Below are positions 10,701 through 23,418 of a stretch of 64,000 bases of DNA, one piece after another. The notes under the pieces are model-generated. The model had not been told where the DNA came from. It saw only the letters and a program-made list of their open reading frames with translations, and searched no databases. Source of the DNA: Candidatus Omnitrophota bacterium (GTDB taxonomy: Bacteria > Omnitrophota > Gorgyraeia > Gygaellales > Profunditerraquicolaceae); NCBI GenBank assembly GCA_028718245.1, contig JAQUME010000001.1, forward strand, positions 8,390-72,389, given 5' to 3'. The position numbers and the translations under genes were made by a program. Numbering within the stretch: the first letter of the stretch is position 1; the number at the start of each line of letters is the position of its first letter.

Positions 10701-12526
10701 ATTTCGCCAGGAATTTGTCCGTCTAATGCCAGGCGGACATTCTCTGAAAACCCTCCACCTGACCTAGCTTTCGCTAACAAGGTGTTCGGCAGCACTTCTT
10801 CAAAGCCCGTCCCGCTATTCATTGCTTCCATGATGGCTTTTTTAAAAATAGAGGTCAGGGGGACCGTATGCAGATAGTAATTCTTCTCCTTTATGCCGCT
10901 TAGTTCTTTAACCTTTGACTTTTCTTCCCAGGGACGGCTGGGAATGGCGTTATAAATGCTCTGCAGGGTTTCAAGGTTATTTACAAAACCACTTACCTCG
11001 GTTATATTGCCAAAAAAAGCCTCTCTTGCTGCTTTCAACATATGTCCATATATATCTTGACCCCGATGGACAGGTTTAACATAGACATTATCGCCAAAGA
11101 TCCCCCGGCTGCCGTCGGGAAGATCATACAGCTTAAATTTCATTTCGCCGGCTGTCGTATAATCTTGAGAGCGGACTTCTATCTTATACCCCTCTCCTAA
11201 ATCATAAAGATTAAATCTGTAATATGCCCTACTCCCCTTATCATCTCCGAGCTCGTAAGTTATGTTTTTCTTCTCCAGCGCCGAGCCGGCGACAGACGAC
11301 CGCTCCTTCGCAGATACAACAGCTTCTATTTCTACCTCAAAGGGGCTGCTTGCTGAGCCACCCTTAGTATTTAAATGTATTATATATGGCGCAGGCCCCA
11401 AATGCCCGCGGGTGCTTGGTACAATTCCAGTTGAAATGGCAGAGGATACTGAAGCAAAAGCAATCCCCCCGCTCATATAGCTCCTTATGCTCTGGCCGTA
11501 CAGAGTGGAGCGCGGCTCTTTAATGTTGTATTCTCCCTGTTGAAATGAGGCTTTGTACGCGTTAAAGTAAGTTGTTTTAGACCAGGAGGTCTTGGAGGTT
11601 AAGCCATTAAGGTTGTGCCTGTCTATGAGGTAGGCATATACGCCTGATTTGCCGTAGAATCTCTGTTTAAACCATTGCGCCAGGATAAGCGAGTAGTAAA
11701 CTTGCCTTAAGGGGGCGTATCTTTTGGAGGAGTTAATTTCTTTGGTTAACTTAGGGATAATAGTTTCTCTGATGAGTTGAGAGGAGTATTCATTCAGGAC
11801 TTTGGAGCGCTGATCCGGAAAGCTGTAGGTGGATGAATCTTTGAGATAATCCTGTTCAAGCATGACTTTAAGCGTTGCCTTGTAGATGTAGGCATTGTTG
11901 GAGCTCTCCCTGATGATGATCTCATCCGGAACAATCCAGGGACGGGTGAGAGTGGGTATGGCTATGTTCTCATTGCCGTAGAGCTCTTCTGCTTTTTTGT
12001 AAAGCTTATCCCAGTAATCTTTTCCTTCCGGGGTTTGGGGTGAGGTAAAGTTAGCTGTGTCTTTCTTAAGCTGGAGGTCGGCCTCAAGCAGGATCCTGCC
12101 TACGTCAGTTTCAGCAAGCTCCGGGTCAATAATGTTATTGGGTGAATCAGGCCGCAGGTTTACCCAGAAAGCTTCATTAGGTAAGGATATGCCGATGAAG
12201 AAATAATTGAGCAGGGTTTTGGTTTCCCGCTGCAAGATCTCTTCAGGGACAGTCCCCTTGTCTTCCTTCGTGATAGCTTCCCGCGGGGACAGTCCCTTCG
12301 CGAAATCTCCTTTGTCCAGAAGAAGGTTGAAGTTGTTGCTCAAGGCGTCGTAGGAAAGGTACCTTAGGTGAAGAGGGCGGAATCTGTCCTGAATGAAGCT
12401 ATTTCGCAGGGCAAAGAAGTGGCCTGAAAGATCCAACTCTCCAGCGATCTGGGTAAAGCCGGATTGCTGAAAAATAAGCACAAAACAAAGCAAAAAAGAT
12501 AAAATTTTGGTAAGCTTATGTGGCAT
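7751..12526 (-). CDS. Giant hypothetical bitopic membrane protein: signal peptide, about 630-aa extracytoplasmic region, one TM, and a cytoplasmic region with HExxH motif and class I SAM-methyltransferase-like domain
   Basis: It is a single uninterrupted 1591-aa ORF. The N-terminus MPHKLTKILSFLLCFVLIFQQSGFTQIAG is signal-like. A hydrophobic helix FLIGLGAGLGIALLHGPAAAA sits at about aa 660-680. IIYHESEHAF is at aa 818-827. MTase-like motifs are VYVLGWGAGD (I), VDIIYSYTSLWHL (II) and LLTEDGFIVFDF (III) at aa 1119-1240. I recognise no other family match. Confidence 0.8.
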   Translation of the reverse strand: MPHKLTKILSFLLCFVLIFQQSGFTQIAGELDLSGHFFALRNSFIQDRFRPLHLRYLSYDALSNNFNLLLDKGDFAKGLSPREAITKEDKGTVPEEILQRETKTLLNYFFIGISLPNEAFWVNLRPDSPNNIIDPELAETDVGRILLEADLQLKKDTANFTSPQTPEGKDYWDKLYKKAEELYGNENIAIPTLTRPWIVPDEIIIRESSNNAYIYKATLKVMLEQDYLKDSSTYSFPDQRSKVLNEYSSQLIRETIIPKLTKEINSSKRYAPLRQVYYSLILAQWFKQRFYGKSGVYAYLIDRHNLNGLTSKTSWSKTTYFNAYKASFQQGEYNIKEPRSTLYGQSIRSYMSGGIAFASVSSAISTGIVPSTRGHLGPAPYIIHLNTKGGSASSPFEVEIEAVVSAKERSSVAGSALEKKNITYELGDDKGSRAYYRFNLYDLGEGYKIEVRSQDYTTAGEMKFKLYDLPDGSRGIFGDNVYVKPVHRGQDIYGHMLKAAREAFFGNITEVSGFVNNLETLQSIYNAIPSRPWEEKSKVKELSGIKEKNYYLHTVPLTSIFKKAIMEAMNSGTGFEEVLPNTLLAKARSGGGFSENVRLALDGQIPGEIILKSNRPVQPAGLAFQNQSGAGSPIAKKSDSFLPGETPGQGESVDLKKRNFLIGLGAGLGIALLHGPAAAADAVFGAKNKKGESIVIERAEFRILETKVIPSKDGLRKVKAIIVEPVNGERFNANGFYNYDLDMVVVIRSQVQKIIDKYIYPVLAGNSNTIPVWDEWAGPNIASLRMAYAKIIQETFKDAKGRKDWNNIVLAALEENIIYHESEHAFNRHRQLDNDKIGEKIARVIIGLGGKPRAEGVRENARDVTNELDARLRSLSGNYPQIEILKMLNFVQSAVINNIDYFAMSIIFEELCQVSLFSGIGPEQVKKLADFFQGFSKKDAKQMEGELRGLVMKIQAKYGLPEHLVWRRDLLTASIVSPIIAGLGKFLDTAKEESMQQGAIEGLPVATAFKDIEKSVGSPVADTVKAAVVSPVQGFLGRPADGIVFPPDLSQEQIEEIKHSEGGKRVLREENGEIKIQDSPWIQINSRFEEINASFKDILGGELFDKISALSESRKEEPVYVLGWGAGDLTEIMDLHDRLKAKGRNNVFILAFGDTFYPASRPIPDNILFIVDTDTKLQERIKEFLGNGKVDIIYSYTSLWHLLPTHNEDSAKLKRFFSHLRELENLLTEDGFIVFDFVPEQHGWGGYIQQYSSQNGRALTVKTYNAETGVALLIRSKVAAGSPMRNPVKVARPGINEPLEYSTERLKLIQDRLQRQKEILAPFRPVQSLQQEFPGTLQADDITALITKNRGEAWAVDLSRRIAVARGDEWGKFRDDPVARGLVEGPAQMLVTKIREKGGLTSWSNAYGPYLYGVVWAQRDGVFYFTPLTEQDYISYENLALGGVSPLEARDQKEDNSVGGIDMRSLPKYTKVEKVTAGSPLVKQGQSPSGTAPLSDKEWQEIERMANSGIAPSCERIREYLLSLQDPSTQIDRVLACIADILRQEEEKACGTESSLKEILVLLESGKPVNELRLALINIQVLAKEPQLITQ

Positions 12527-12608
12527 TTGTTGAGCTTGTTTTAAGATGCGGTTTATCAGCCGTATTAATAATTAAGTATGCTATATAGGTAAGGGCGGTT
12601 CAAGGGCA

Positions 12609-12634
12609 AAACCGCTGTTTTGGGAAAGCGGTTT
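12609..12634 (-). terminator. Terminator-like hairpin downstream of rsmI
   Basis: AAACCGCT (12609-16) pairs with AGCGGTTT (12627-34) as an 8-bp stem about 20 nt 3' of the rsmI stop. The trailing U-tract is weak. Confidence 0.3.
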
Positions 12635-12654
12635 CTTGGACTAAAGTGGGATTT

Positions 12655-13308
12655 TTACAGAATGATTACAAATTCACCGCGGGGTTTTTGATCCTTTAGG
12701 GACTCGAGAATGGCTTTTGCGCTGCCGCGTTTTACCTCTTCGAATTTTTTGGTAAGTTCTCTGGCTACAGCTATCTCTTTATCGCCAAAGACGGCTTGAA
12801 TATCTTCTAGGGCAGCTAAAATCCTGTGGCAGGATTCATAAAAGATCAGGGTGTATTTTAACTTCGCCAGCTCTTTAAGCCGGTTGCGCCGGGCCTGCGT
12901 CCGGTTGGGAAGGAATCCTTCAAAAATAAATTTGTGGGCAGGTTTACCCGACAATACCAGCGCGTTTACCAAGGCAGTCGGCCCAGGCAGTACTGAAATC
13001 GGAATATTATTCTTTATGGCCGAGTTGATTATATTGTATCCCGGATCAAGTATCCCCGGCATACCCGCGTCTGAAACCAGAGCAACGGATTTGCCGTCTT
13101 TGAGCAATTTAAGCAAATGCTCTGCTTTGGTAATCCTGTTGTGCTGAAAAAAACTGGTGGTGGGGGCCTGGATGCCGTAATGATCAAGCAGTATCTTAGT
13201 GTGGCGCGTATCCTCGCAGGCGATCAAATCCACCTGCTTCAACACCTCCAGGGCGCGCAAGGTAATATCTTTTAAGTTGCCGATGGGGGTAGCGACTATG
13301 TATAACAT
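12655..13308 (-). CDS. rsmI: 16S rRNA (cytidine1402-2'-O)-methyltransferase RsmI
   Basis: The N-terminus MLYIVATPIGNLKDITLRALEVL and the motifs IACEDTRHT and LVSDAGMPGI place it in the tetrapyrrole-methylase family. Confidence 0.85.
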   Translation of the reverse strand: MLYIVATPIGNLKDITLRALEVLKQVDLIACEDTRHTKILLDHYGIQAPTTSFFQHNRITKAEHLLKLLKDGKSVALVSDAGMPGILDPGYNIINSAIKNNIPISVLPGPTALVNALVLSGKPAHKFIFEGFLPNRTQARRNRLKELAKLKYTLIFYESCHRILAALEDIQAVFGDKEIAVARELTKKFEEVKRGSAKAILESLKDQKPRGEFVIIL

Positions 13309-15143
13309 TATTCCACGGTCACAGATTTGGCTAGATTACGCGGCTGGTCAACGTCGCATCCGCGTTTTACCGCGATGTGGTATGCCAATAACTGCAGCGG
13401 CAGCACTGCCAGGAGGGGAGAGAATAATTCTTCGCATTTCGGAATATATACTACCTCAGAAGTCAGCTCCTTGATATTAGAGTCTCCTTCGGTGGCAATA
13501 GCAATTATCTTGCCGCAGCGGGAGCGGATCTCCTGGATGTTAGAAACCATCTTTTCATAAACCTTTGATGCCGGGGCAATGCAGACTACGGCGCGGTATT
13601 CATCGATCAAGGCGATCGGGCCATGCTTCATCTCTCCTGCGGCGTAACCTTCCGCCGGAATATAAGAAATCTCTTTTAATTTTAACGCCCCCTCCAAAGC
13701 CGATGGATAATTTATATTCCTGCCCAAATACAAGAATGAACCAAAATGCGAGTGCCTGCGGGAAAGCCTGGCAATTGCATCCTGCTCCTTAAGGATCTCC
13801 TCCTGTTTCTTGGGTATGCCTCTTAACTCTTCCAGTAATTTATTGATTTTATTTTGTGGGATTATCCCGCGGACCTCTGCCAGATAAAAGGCAAACAAAT
13901 AAATCGCGGTCAGCTGCGCGGTATAGGCCTTAGTGGAGGCAACCCCGATCTCCGGGCCGGCGTGGGTATACATTACCCCGTCTGATTCGCGGGTCAAGGT
14001 TGAACCCAGGACATTGCAGATGGAAATTACCGAAGCCCCCAGTTTTTTGGCCTCTCTGACCCCTGCCAGGGTATCCGCGGTCTCTCCGGACTGGCTGATC
14101 GCCAATACCAGGGTATCCTTATCAATCAGCAGGTCCCGGTAACGGAATTCGCTTGAAACATCTATATACGTAGGTATCTTACAGAGGGATTCCAGGGCAT
14201 ACTTGCCCACCATACCCGCATGATAAGCTGTGCCGCAGGCAACGATAAAAATACTCTTGATGCTTTTCAACTTTTCAAGCGGGATATCCTGCTCCTGAAA
14301 AAGAATGCTGTTGTTTTTTTGGATCCTCAAATCAAGCAGGTTATCGATTATCTTAGGCTGCTCATTGATCTCCTTGAGCATAAAATGCTTATACCCCTGC
14401 TTTTGCGCCTGCTCAATATCCCAGCTGATCCGCCTTGTTTCCCTGGTTACTGTCTTGCCGTTCAGATCGGTTATTTTACAGCTATTCTTGCTTAATACCG
14501 CCACCTCGTTCTCATCCAGGAAAATTATATCTTTGGTGTGCTCAAGGATCGCCGGGGCATCCGAGGCAAGAAAGTTCTCCTCTTTGCCGATCCCGATGAT
14601 CAAAGGGCTGCCTGAGCGCGCGCCTACAAGTTTGCCCGGTTCCCGTTTGGCAATAACCGCGATGGCAAAGGAACCGGTAACTAATTTAAGGGCCTTGCGA
14701 ACCGCCTCTTCTAACGGGGTATTTTTGTAAAATTTCTCAATAAGATGCACGATGACCTCGGTATCGGTCTGGCTGCGGAAGTTATGCCCCTCTTTGATCA
14801 GCTGCGCTTTCAGGGATTCGTAGTTTTCGATTATCCCATTATGCACCAGTGCTATTTCATTTTTGCAATCAGTATGGGGATGGGCATTATTTTGGGTAGG
14901 CGCTCCGTGAGTAGCCCAACGGGTATGCGCAATCCCTACCGAACCTGCGAGGGGCTTTGATCTTAGTAATTTATCCAGGGCTTTGATCTTGCCGGGAGAT
15001 TTTCTGACGGAGGGGGTGTTTTTGCCGGGAAGAATAACGGCTATACCGCTGGAATCATAACCGCGGTACTCCAGGCGCTTAAGGCCAGTCAAGAGTATTT
15101 CTTGGGCTGGCCTTTCACCTATGTATCCGACTATTCCGCACAT
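13308..15143 (-). CDS. glmS: Glutamine--fructose-6-phosphate aminotransferase
   Basis: The protein has the MCGIVGY N-terminus with catalytic Cys2 and a C-terminal KSVTVE. It is 611 aa. Confidence 0.95.
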   Translation of the reverse strand: MCGIVGYIGERPAQEILLTGLKRLEYRGYDSSGIAVILPGKNTPSVRKSPGKIKALDKLLRSKPLAGSVGIAHTRWATHGAPTQNNAHPHTDCKNEIALVHNGIIENYESLKAQLIKEGHNFRSQTDTEVIVHLIEKFYKNTPLEEAVRKALKLVTGSFAIAVIAKREPGKLVGARSGSPLIIGIGKEENFLASDAPAILEHTKDIIFLDENEVAVLSKNSCKITDLNGKTVTRETRRISWDIEQAQKQGYKHFMLKEINEQPKIIDNLLDLRIQKNNSILFQEQDIPLEKLKSIKSIFIVACGTAYHAGMVGKYALESLCKIPTYIDVSSEFRYRDLLIDKDTLVLAISQSGETADTLAGVREAKKLGASVISICNVLGSTLTRESDGVMYTHAGPEIGVASTKAYTAQLTAIYLFAFYLAEVRGIIPQNKINKLLEELRGIPKKQEEILKEQDAIARLSRRHSHFGSFLYLGRNINYPSALEGALKLKEISYIPAEGYAAGEMKHGPIALIDEYRAVVCIAPASKVYEKMVSNIQEIRSRCGKIIAIATEGDSNIKELTSEVVYIPKCEELFSPLLAVLPLQLLAYHIAVKRGCDVDQPRNLAKSVTVE

Positions 15144-15162
15144 TGAGCACCTTAAATTTTAA

Positions 15163-15237
15163 TGACCCTGACGGGATTTGAACCCGTGTCGAGAGCTTGA
15201 AAAGCTCTTGTCCTAGACCAGGCTAGACGACAGGGTC
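15163..15237 (-). tRNA. tRNA-Glu (anticodon TTC)
   Basis: The minus-strand sequence GACCCTGTCGTCTAGCCTGGTCTAGGACAAGAGCTTTTCAAGCTCTCGACACGGGTTCAAATCCCGTCAGGGTCA folds as a cloverleaf. Acceptor GACCCTG/CAGGGTC, anticodon stem AGAGC/GCTCT, loop TTTTCAA. Confidence 0.85.
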
Positions 15238-15242
15238 GGGAT

Positions 15243-17675
15243 CTACTCTTCCTCTTCGGCAATTACGGGGGCAACGCAGGAAACCCGGTCCTTATCCTGC
15301 AGCTTGATCAGCCGCACACCTTGCGCTGAACGGCCGGTTTCGCGGATATCCTTTATAGCGCAGCGCAGGAATATGCCGTTCTGGGTGATCACCATAAGCT
15401 CATCGTTATCTTTTACTGTCTTTAAATTTACCGCCTCGCCGTTCTTATCCGTAACCCTGATATTGATCACCCCTTTGCCGCCGCGGCTGGTCAGGCGATA
15501 TTCATCAATGGTCGTCCGTTTTGCAAAACCTAATGCCGTAACCGTCAGTATCGTCGAGTCCTTCTGTGGGACGACCATGTCGATAACTTCATCCTTTTTG
15601 GACAGGGATATTGCGCGCACTCCATGCGCCCCCCTCCCCATATCGCGCACATTCTCTTCGGAAAATCTTATGGCCTTGCCCTGCCTGGTGCCGATCAAAA
15701 GCTCCTGTTTGCCATCGGTCATCTCCACGCCGATAAGAGCGTCATCTTTATCTAAAGTGATCCCGATGATCCCGCCCTTGCGCGGGTTACTGTAAGCTTC
15801 AAGCTTGGTCTTCTTGATCTGGCCAAGCTTGGTTACCATCACCAAGTATTTATCCGGGGAGAATTCCTTTACCGGGATAGTCGAACTGACCTTAGCCGCC
15901 TGTTCCATCTGCACCAAGTTAACGATCGCCTTGCCTTTTGAAATACGGCTGGCTTGCGGGATTTCATAAACCTTAAGCCAGTGCACCTGGCCTTTATCGG
16001 TAAAGATCAGCAGGTAATCTTTGGTTGAGGCCACAAATAGATGTTCGCTGAAATCTTCATCCTTTAACTCCGCCCCGGTCACCCCTTTTCCCCCGCGTTT
16101 TTGTTTGCGATAGGCGCTTACCGGCAGGCGCTTGATATAACCGCTGTGGCTGATCGTCACCACTACGTCCTCTTCGGCAATTAAATCTTCGACCTCCAGC
16201 TCCTCCGCCTCTTTGACAATGTCTGTGCGCCGGGAGTCGCCGTATTTTTTCTTCAAATTCTCCAGTTCTTCCTTAATGATCCCCTCGATCTTCTTCTCGG
16301 AGGCTAAAATTGCCCGGCATAGCTCGATCTTCTTTAATAGCTCGGCGTACTCCGCGTCGATTTTATCCCTCTCTAGAGCCGTAAGCCGCTGCAGCTGCAT
16401 TTCCAGGATCGCCTGCGACTGGATCTCGGAAAGCTCGAACTCCTTCATCAGGTTGACTTTGGCCGCTTCAACGCTTTTGGAGGTCTTGATGACTTTGATG
16501 ATCCGGTCGATAAATTTAAGCGCGATCTTCAGGCCTTCCAAGATGTGGGCGCGCTTTAAGGCCTTATCTAATTCAAATTGCGTGCGCCTGCGGATAACTA
16601 TCTTGCGGTGTTCGATATAACAATCCAGGACCTGGCGCAAATTCAGGACCTTTGGCCGGTTATCCACCAAAGCCAGCATAATAATACCGAAGGTATTTTC
16701 CAGCTGGGTATGCTTAAAAAGCTGGTTTAAAACGATCTGGGATTCGATATCCCGCTTAAGCTCCACTACAATACGCATGCCGTCTTTGTCGGATTCATCG
16801 CGGACATCAGATATGCCTTCAATCTTTTTATCGTCAACTAAAGCGGCAATGGCCTCAATGATCCCGGATTTCTGCACCTGATAAGGGATCTCGGTAAAGA
16901 CGATCAGGTCCTTGCCGTTCTTCTGATGCTCCACCGTCGCCCGGGCGCGTACTAATAGCTTGCCTCTTCCGGTAGTATAGGCATCTTTGATCCCGGCCTT
17001 GCCGCAGATCAATCCTCCGGTGGGAAAATCCGGGCCCGTAACATAACGCATGAGATCTTTTATCTCCGCTTCTGGATGATCGAGGAGATAAATGATCGCA
17101 TCACAAACCTCATGTAAATTATGCGGTGGAATATTGGTAGCCATGCCTACGGCAATGCCGCTTGAACCGTTGACTAAAAGGTTGGGCAAGGTCGCCGGTA
17201 AAAGCAGGGGTTCCTTTAAAGAGGAATCGAAGTTGGGCCCGAAAATAACCGTGTCCTTTTCAATGTCCGCGAGCATCTCCTCGGAAACCGATGCAAGACG
17301 CGCCTCGGTATAACGCATGGCCGCGGCAGTATCCCCGTCTACAGAGCCAAAGTTACCCTGGCCGTCCACAAGAGGATAACGTAGGGAAAAATCCTGAGCC
17401 ATTCTTACCAGGGTATCATAGACCGCTACATCTCCATGGGGATGGTATTTACCCAGGACCTCTCCGACGATACGCGCGCATTTTTTATAAGGCTTGGAAT
17501 GCTCAAGATTAAGCTCCTGCATCGCGTAAAGGATCCTGCGATGAACCGGCTTTAACCCGTCGCGCACATCGGGCAGGGCCCGGCCCACGATCACGCTCAT
17601 CGCGTAATTTAAATATGAGTCCTTGACCTCATCTTCAATATAAACCGGAATGATTCTTTCGTTACGAGTATACAT
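15243..17675 (-). CDS. gyrA: DNA gyrase subunit A
   Basis: The N-terminal region matches GyrA ([11 protein letters not shown], active-site Tyr region). It is 810 aa. Confidence 0.95.
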   Translation of the reverse strand: MYTRNERIIPVYIEDEVKDSYLNYAMSVIVGRALPDVRDGLKPVHRRILYAMQELNLEHSKPYKKCARIVGEVLGKYHPHGDVAVYDTLVRMAQDFSLRYPLVDGQGNFGSVDGDTAAAMRYTEARLASVSEEMLADIEKDTVIFGPNFDSSLKEPLLLPATLPNLLVNGSSGIAVGMATNIPPHNLHEVCDAIIYLLDHPEAEIKDLMRYVTGPDFPTGGLICGKAGIKDAYTTGRGKLLVRARATVEHQKNGKDLIVFTEIPYQVQKSGIIEAIAALVDDKKIEGISDVRDESDKDGMRIVVELKRDIESQIVLNQLFKHTQLENTFGIIMLALVDNRPKVLNLRQVLDCYIEHRKIVIRRRTQFELDKALKRAHILEGLKIALKFIDRIIKVIKTSKSVEAAKVNLMKEFELSEIQSQAILEMQLQRLTALERDKIDAEYAELLKKIELCRAILASEKKIEGIIKEELENLKKKYGDSRRTDIVKEAEELEVEDLIAEEDVVVTISHSGYIKRLPVSAYRKQKRGGKGVTGAELKDEDFSEHLFVASTKDYLLIFTDKGQVHWLKVYEIPQASRISKGKAIVNLVQMEQAAKVSSTIPVKEFSPDKYLVMVTKLGQIKKTKLEAYSNPRKGGIIGITLDKDDALIGVEMTDGKQELLIGTRQGKAIRFSEENVRDMGRGAHGVRAISLSKKDEVIDMVVPQKDSTILTVTALGFAKRTTIDEYRLTSRGGKGVINIRVTDKNGEAVNLKTVKDNDELMVITQNGIFLRCAIKDIRETGRSAQGVRLIKLQDKDRVSCVAPVIAEEEE

Positions 17676-17676
17676 T

Positions 17677-20402
<2,726 letters not shown>

Positions 20403-20406
20403 ACTC

Positions 20407-21498
20407 TTAATTAAGGCGCATGGGCAACACTATATAAATATACCCGCTAGTCCGGATCACCCCGGGTTTTTCGCTGTCGGTCAACTCCAGGCTGATCGTT
20501 TCCTCGTTCAGGTTTTTCAAAATATCAATTAAATAGGCCGGGTTAAAACCAATCACCAGCTCCTTACCCTGGTATTCTACAGCTAACTCCTCCCGAGACT
20601 CGCCTACATCCGGGGTGGACTTGGAAATAACTAATTTGTTTTTAAAAACCTCTAATTTCACTCCCTGGTAATCCGGGGTTGCCAGGAGCGCGGCTCTTTT
20701 GACCGCCAACAAAAACTGGTTACGGCCTATCTTCAATTTATTTTCGGAGGCCGGCGGCACAACTTGTTTGTAATCAGGGAATTCTCCCTCGATCAAACGC
20801 GAAATCAACACAACTCCCCCCAGATCAAAAAGCGCCTGATTGCTTCCCACAACCAAGGATAGTTCCCCGTCCTCTTTCAGGTTGCGGTTTAATTCATGGA
20901 TTGTTTTAATAGGGACGATCATTTGCAGGTCCCCCTCTATTTCTCCTCCCAGTTTTCTTTCGGCAACAGCCAGCCTTTTTCCATCGGTAGAGACCAGGGT
21001 TAATAAGCCTTTACCGATCTTAAAAAGGGTGCCATTTAAAATATAGCGGGTTTCATCTAAAGAAACAGCAAAAGAGGTCAAAGACAACATTTCTTTTAAG
21101 GTAGATTGCTCGAGTTTAATTGCTTTTTTATCCTTAAACTCAGGCAGCCTGGGAAATTCTTCCCCGCCTAAGCCCATAATTTTAAACTGGCACATATCCG
21201 AATCAATGATCGTGAGATTGTTCTTTTTGGTGGTAACGTTCACCATCTCCAGCGGGAATTCTTTGATTATATCGCTAAATCTTTTAGCCGGTATTGTGAC
21301 CTTACCGGGTTCCTGAATATCCACAGGGATTACACAGGTTATCCCTATATCTAAATCCGTCGCAGTCAGACTGATCCCCTTCTGCTGCGTCTCTATTAAA
21401 ATATTGGAAAGTATAGGTAAAGTAGACTTGGTGCTGATAACATTCTGTACTGTTTGGATCGCATTGATCAGGGTGTTTTTCTCAACCTTAAACCTCAT
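20407..21498 (-). CDS. dnaN: DNA polymerase III beta sliding clamp
   Basis: The N-terminus MRFKVEKNTLINAIQTVQNVIS... is DnaN-like. The protein is 363 aa with a three-domain clamp architecture. Confidence 0.9.
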   Translation of the reverse strand: MRFKVEKNTLINAIQTVQNVISTKSTLPILSNILIETQQKGISLTATDLDIGITCVIPVDIQEPGKVTIPAKRFSDIIKEFPLEMVNVTTKKNNLTIIDSDMCQFKIMGLGGEEFPRLPEFKDKKAIKLEQSTLKEMLSLTSFAVSLDETRYILNGTLFKIGKGLLTLVSTDGKRLAVAERKLGGEIEGDLQMIVPIKTIHELNRNLKEDGELSLVVGSNQALFDLGGVVLISRLIEGEFPDYKQVVPPASENKLKIGRNQFLLAVKRAALLATPDYQGVKLEVFKNKLVISKSTPDVGESREELAVEYQGKELVIGFNPAYLIDILKNLNEETISLELTDSEKPGVIRTSGYIYIVLPMRLN

Positions 21499-21639
21499 TT
21501 TTTATCTCCTTCTATTTATATATATTTAAAAACTTAATATCGTAATAGTAATAAAGGACTTAAGTTTCTGTTGAAAAGTCCCCAACCCCTTGGATCATAT
21601 GGCAATTAAAACTAAACCATCCCCTTGATAACCCGTGGA

Positions 21640-23013
21640 TTATTGTTTAATAACCTGGATAACTTTTTCCAGGCGCTCCTTTAGATCGGGATCATGCAGT
21701 ACGTTTTCTTTGATTTTGTTATAAGAATGCAATACGGTAGTGTGGTCTTTGCCTCCAAAGGCCTCCCCGATCTCGGGCAGGGACAGGTCTGTCAACTCCC
21801 TGCTTAAATACATGGCGATCTGCCGCGGCAACACTACTTGTTTGTTACGGCGTTTGGTTTTTAGATCCTGCAAAGTAACACTGAACTCCTCTACCACGCA
21901 GCGTTGAATAAAGTCAACGGTAATTAACTTCTTTGGTTCTTTTAAGAGGTCCTTGAGCACCTCTTTAGTCAGCTGCAGGGTTACCGGTTCCTCTTCCAGG
22001 AGAGAATAGGCAATGGTCCTGATCAAGGCCCCCTCCAATTCGCGGATATTGGTTTTGATCAGCTGGGCAATAAAAAAGATCACTTCATCCGGCACGCTAA
22101 CCGGCTCCCGCTCGATCTTTTTCTTGAGGATAGCCACGCGTGTCTCCAGGTCCGGAGGCTGGATATCCGTGGTAAGCCCCCAGCCGAACCGCGACACCAG
22201 CCGCTCCTGTAAATTGGCGATCTCCTTAGGGGGCCGGTCTGATGAGAAAACGATCTGCTTATGGCTGTCGTAAAGAGTGTTAAATGTATGGAAAAATTCT
22301 TCCTGGGTAGATTCTTTGCCGGCAATAAAGTGGATATCATCGATAACCAGGACATCGGCATTGCGGTATTTTTGGCGGAACGACGCCGTGGAATGATGCT
22401 GTATGGCGTCGATCAACTCATTGGTGAACTTTTCGCTGGATATATAACATATTTTTACCCCGGCCGGCGAAGAGTTTTTTATATGGTGGCAGATCGCCTG
22501 GATCAGGTGTGTTTTGCCCAAGCCCACCCCTCCGTAAATAAAGAGCGGGTTATATGTTTTAGCCGGGGCATTGGCCACTGCCAGCGAATAAGCGTGCGCA
22601 TGGCGGTTTCCGGAGCCCACGACAAAATTTTCAAAGGTATAGCGCGAGTTGAGATTGATGTATCCGGCAACCTGGCCTGTCTTGATGTTCGGTTCTGCCG
22701 CTTTCTCCGGGGCGGCAGGTTTGATTTGACTGTTGCCCACGCTCAATGTTACTAACAGATTATTCAGGCCTCGTTGTTTGAGGGTTTCTGCAATAGAGCC
22801 GAGATAATGCTTTTCAACCCAATCTTTGAAAAATTGATCCGGGGCTTCAAGATCGATCTCCTGGCTGCCCTTGGCAGAAAATTTAAGAGGGGCGATCCAA
22901 GTAGCAAAGATGGTCTCTCCAAGCCTCCCCTTCAACTCCCTCTGCGCTTCTTCCCACTGTTGATTAATTTCAGGCATAGTCCCCATTAAAAAATTTATCT
23001 CGCCAGATAGCAT
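21640..23013 (-). CDS. dnaA: Chromosomal replication initiator DnaA
   Basis: The protein carries Walker A GVGLGKTHL, an AAA+ domain and a C-terminal DnaA box-binding domain. The true start is probably MPEINQQW, about 12 codons into the listed ORF. Confidence 0.95.
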   Translation of the reverse strand: MLSGEINFLMGTMPEINQQWEEAQRELKGRLGETIFATWIAPLKFSAKGSQEIDLEAPDQFFKDWVEKHYLGSIAETLKQRGLNNLLVTLSVGNSQIKPAAPEKAAEPNIKTGQVAGYINLNSRYTFENFVVGSGNRHAHAYSLAVANAPAKTYNPLFIYGGVGLGKTHLIQAICHHIKNSSPAGVKICYISSEKFTNELIDAIQHHSTASFRQKYRNADVLVIDDIHFIAGKESTQEEFFHTFNTLYDSHKQIVFSSDRPPKEIANLQERLVSRFGWGLTTDIQPPDLETRVAILKKKIEREPVSVPDEVIFFIAQLIKTNIRELEGALIRTIAYSLLEEEPVTLQLTKEVLKDLLKEPKKLITVDFIQRCVVEEFSVTLQDLKTKRRNKQVVLPRQIAMYLSRELTDLSLPEIGEAFGGKDHTTVLHSYNKIKENVLHDPDLKERLEKVIQVIKQ

Positions 23014-23266
23014 AGCCGGCCGGCGGGTTTAACAGAGTTAACAGTTTATGCACAGCTTGCATAAGTCTGTGGATAAAAATCAAGTTCAGCCTATCTTCGA
23101 TCAAGGCCATTATAACAGAGAGCAAAATCCTTACAAGCAAAAAAGTTAAACGCCATTTATTATACAATAATATGCGGGGGCGTCAACAAAAAACTTGACC
23201 GCCTGGAAAATGTGTGTTACAATTCACAAAATCAAGAAGGCTTGTTTAAAAAAGGAGTTCTAAAAA
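23014..23266. other. Candidate oriC: DnaA boxes plus AT-rich unwinding region between dnaA and rpmH
   Basis: There is a perfect DnaA box TGTGGATAA at 23068-23076. A one-mismatch box TTATGCACA sits at 23046-23054. An AT-rich stretch, aaaaagttaaacgccatttattatacaataatat, spans 23140-23175. Confidence 0.5.
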
Positions 23267-23404
23267 ATGAAGAAGAATTTAAAAACGCCTACAAACATCG
23301 TGGGCAAGAAACGTCATGGTTTCCGCAGCAAAATGGCCACTAAGTCCGGGCGCAGCCTATTAGCTCGCCGACGGAAGAAAGGCAGAAGGAAGCTTTGCGT
23401 TTGA
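23267..23404 (+). CDS. rpmH: 50S ribosomal protein L34
   Basis: The 45-aa [48 protein letters not shown] is below the ORF-track cutoff. It is preceded by an AAAGGAG Shine-Dalgarno sequence. Confidence 0.9.
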   Translation: MKKNLKTPTNIVGKKRHGFRSKMATKSGRSLLARRRKKGRRKLCV

Positions 23405-23418
23405 GGCTTGTAAGCTTG

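Noticed and set aside
21499-21639. Second DnaA-box cluster between dnaA and dnaN
   Set aside because: It holds only weak 2-mismatch box-like strings (CCTGGATAA, GTGGATTAT). That is insufficient to call, although the interval is AT-rich.
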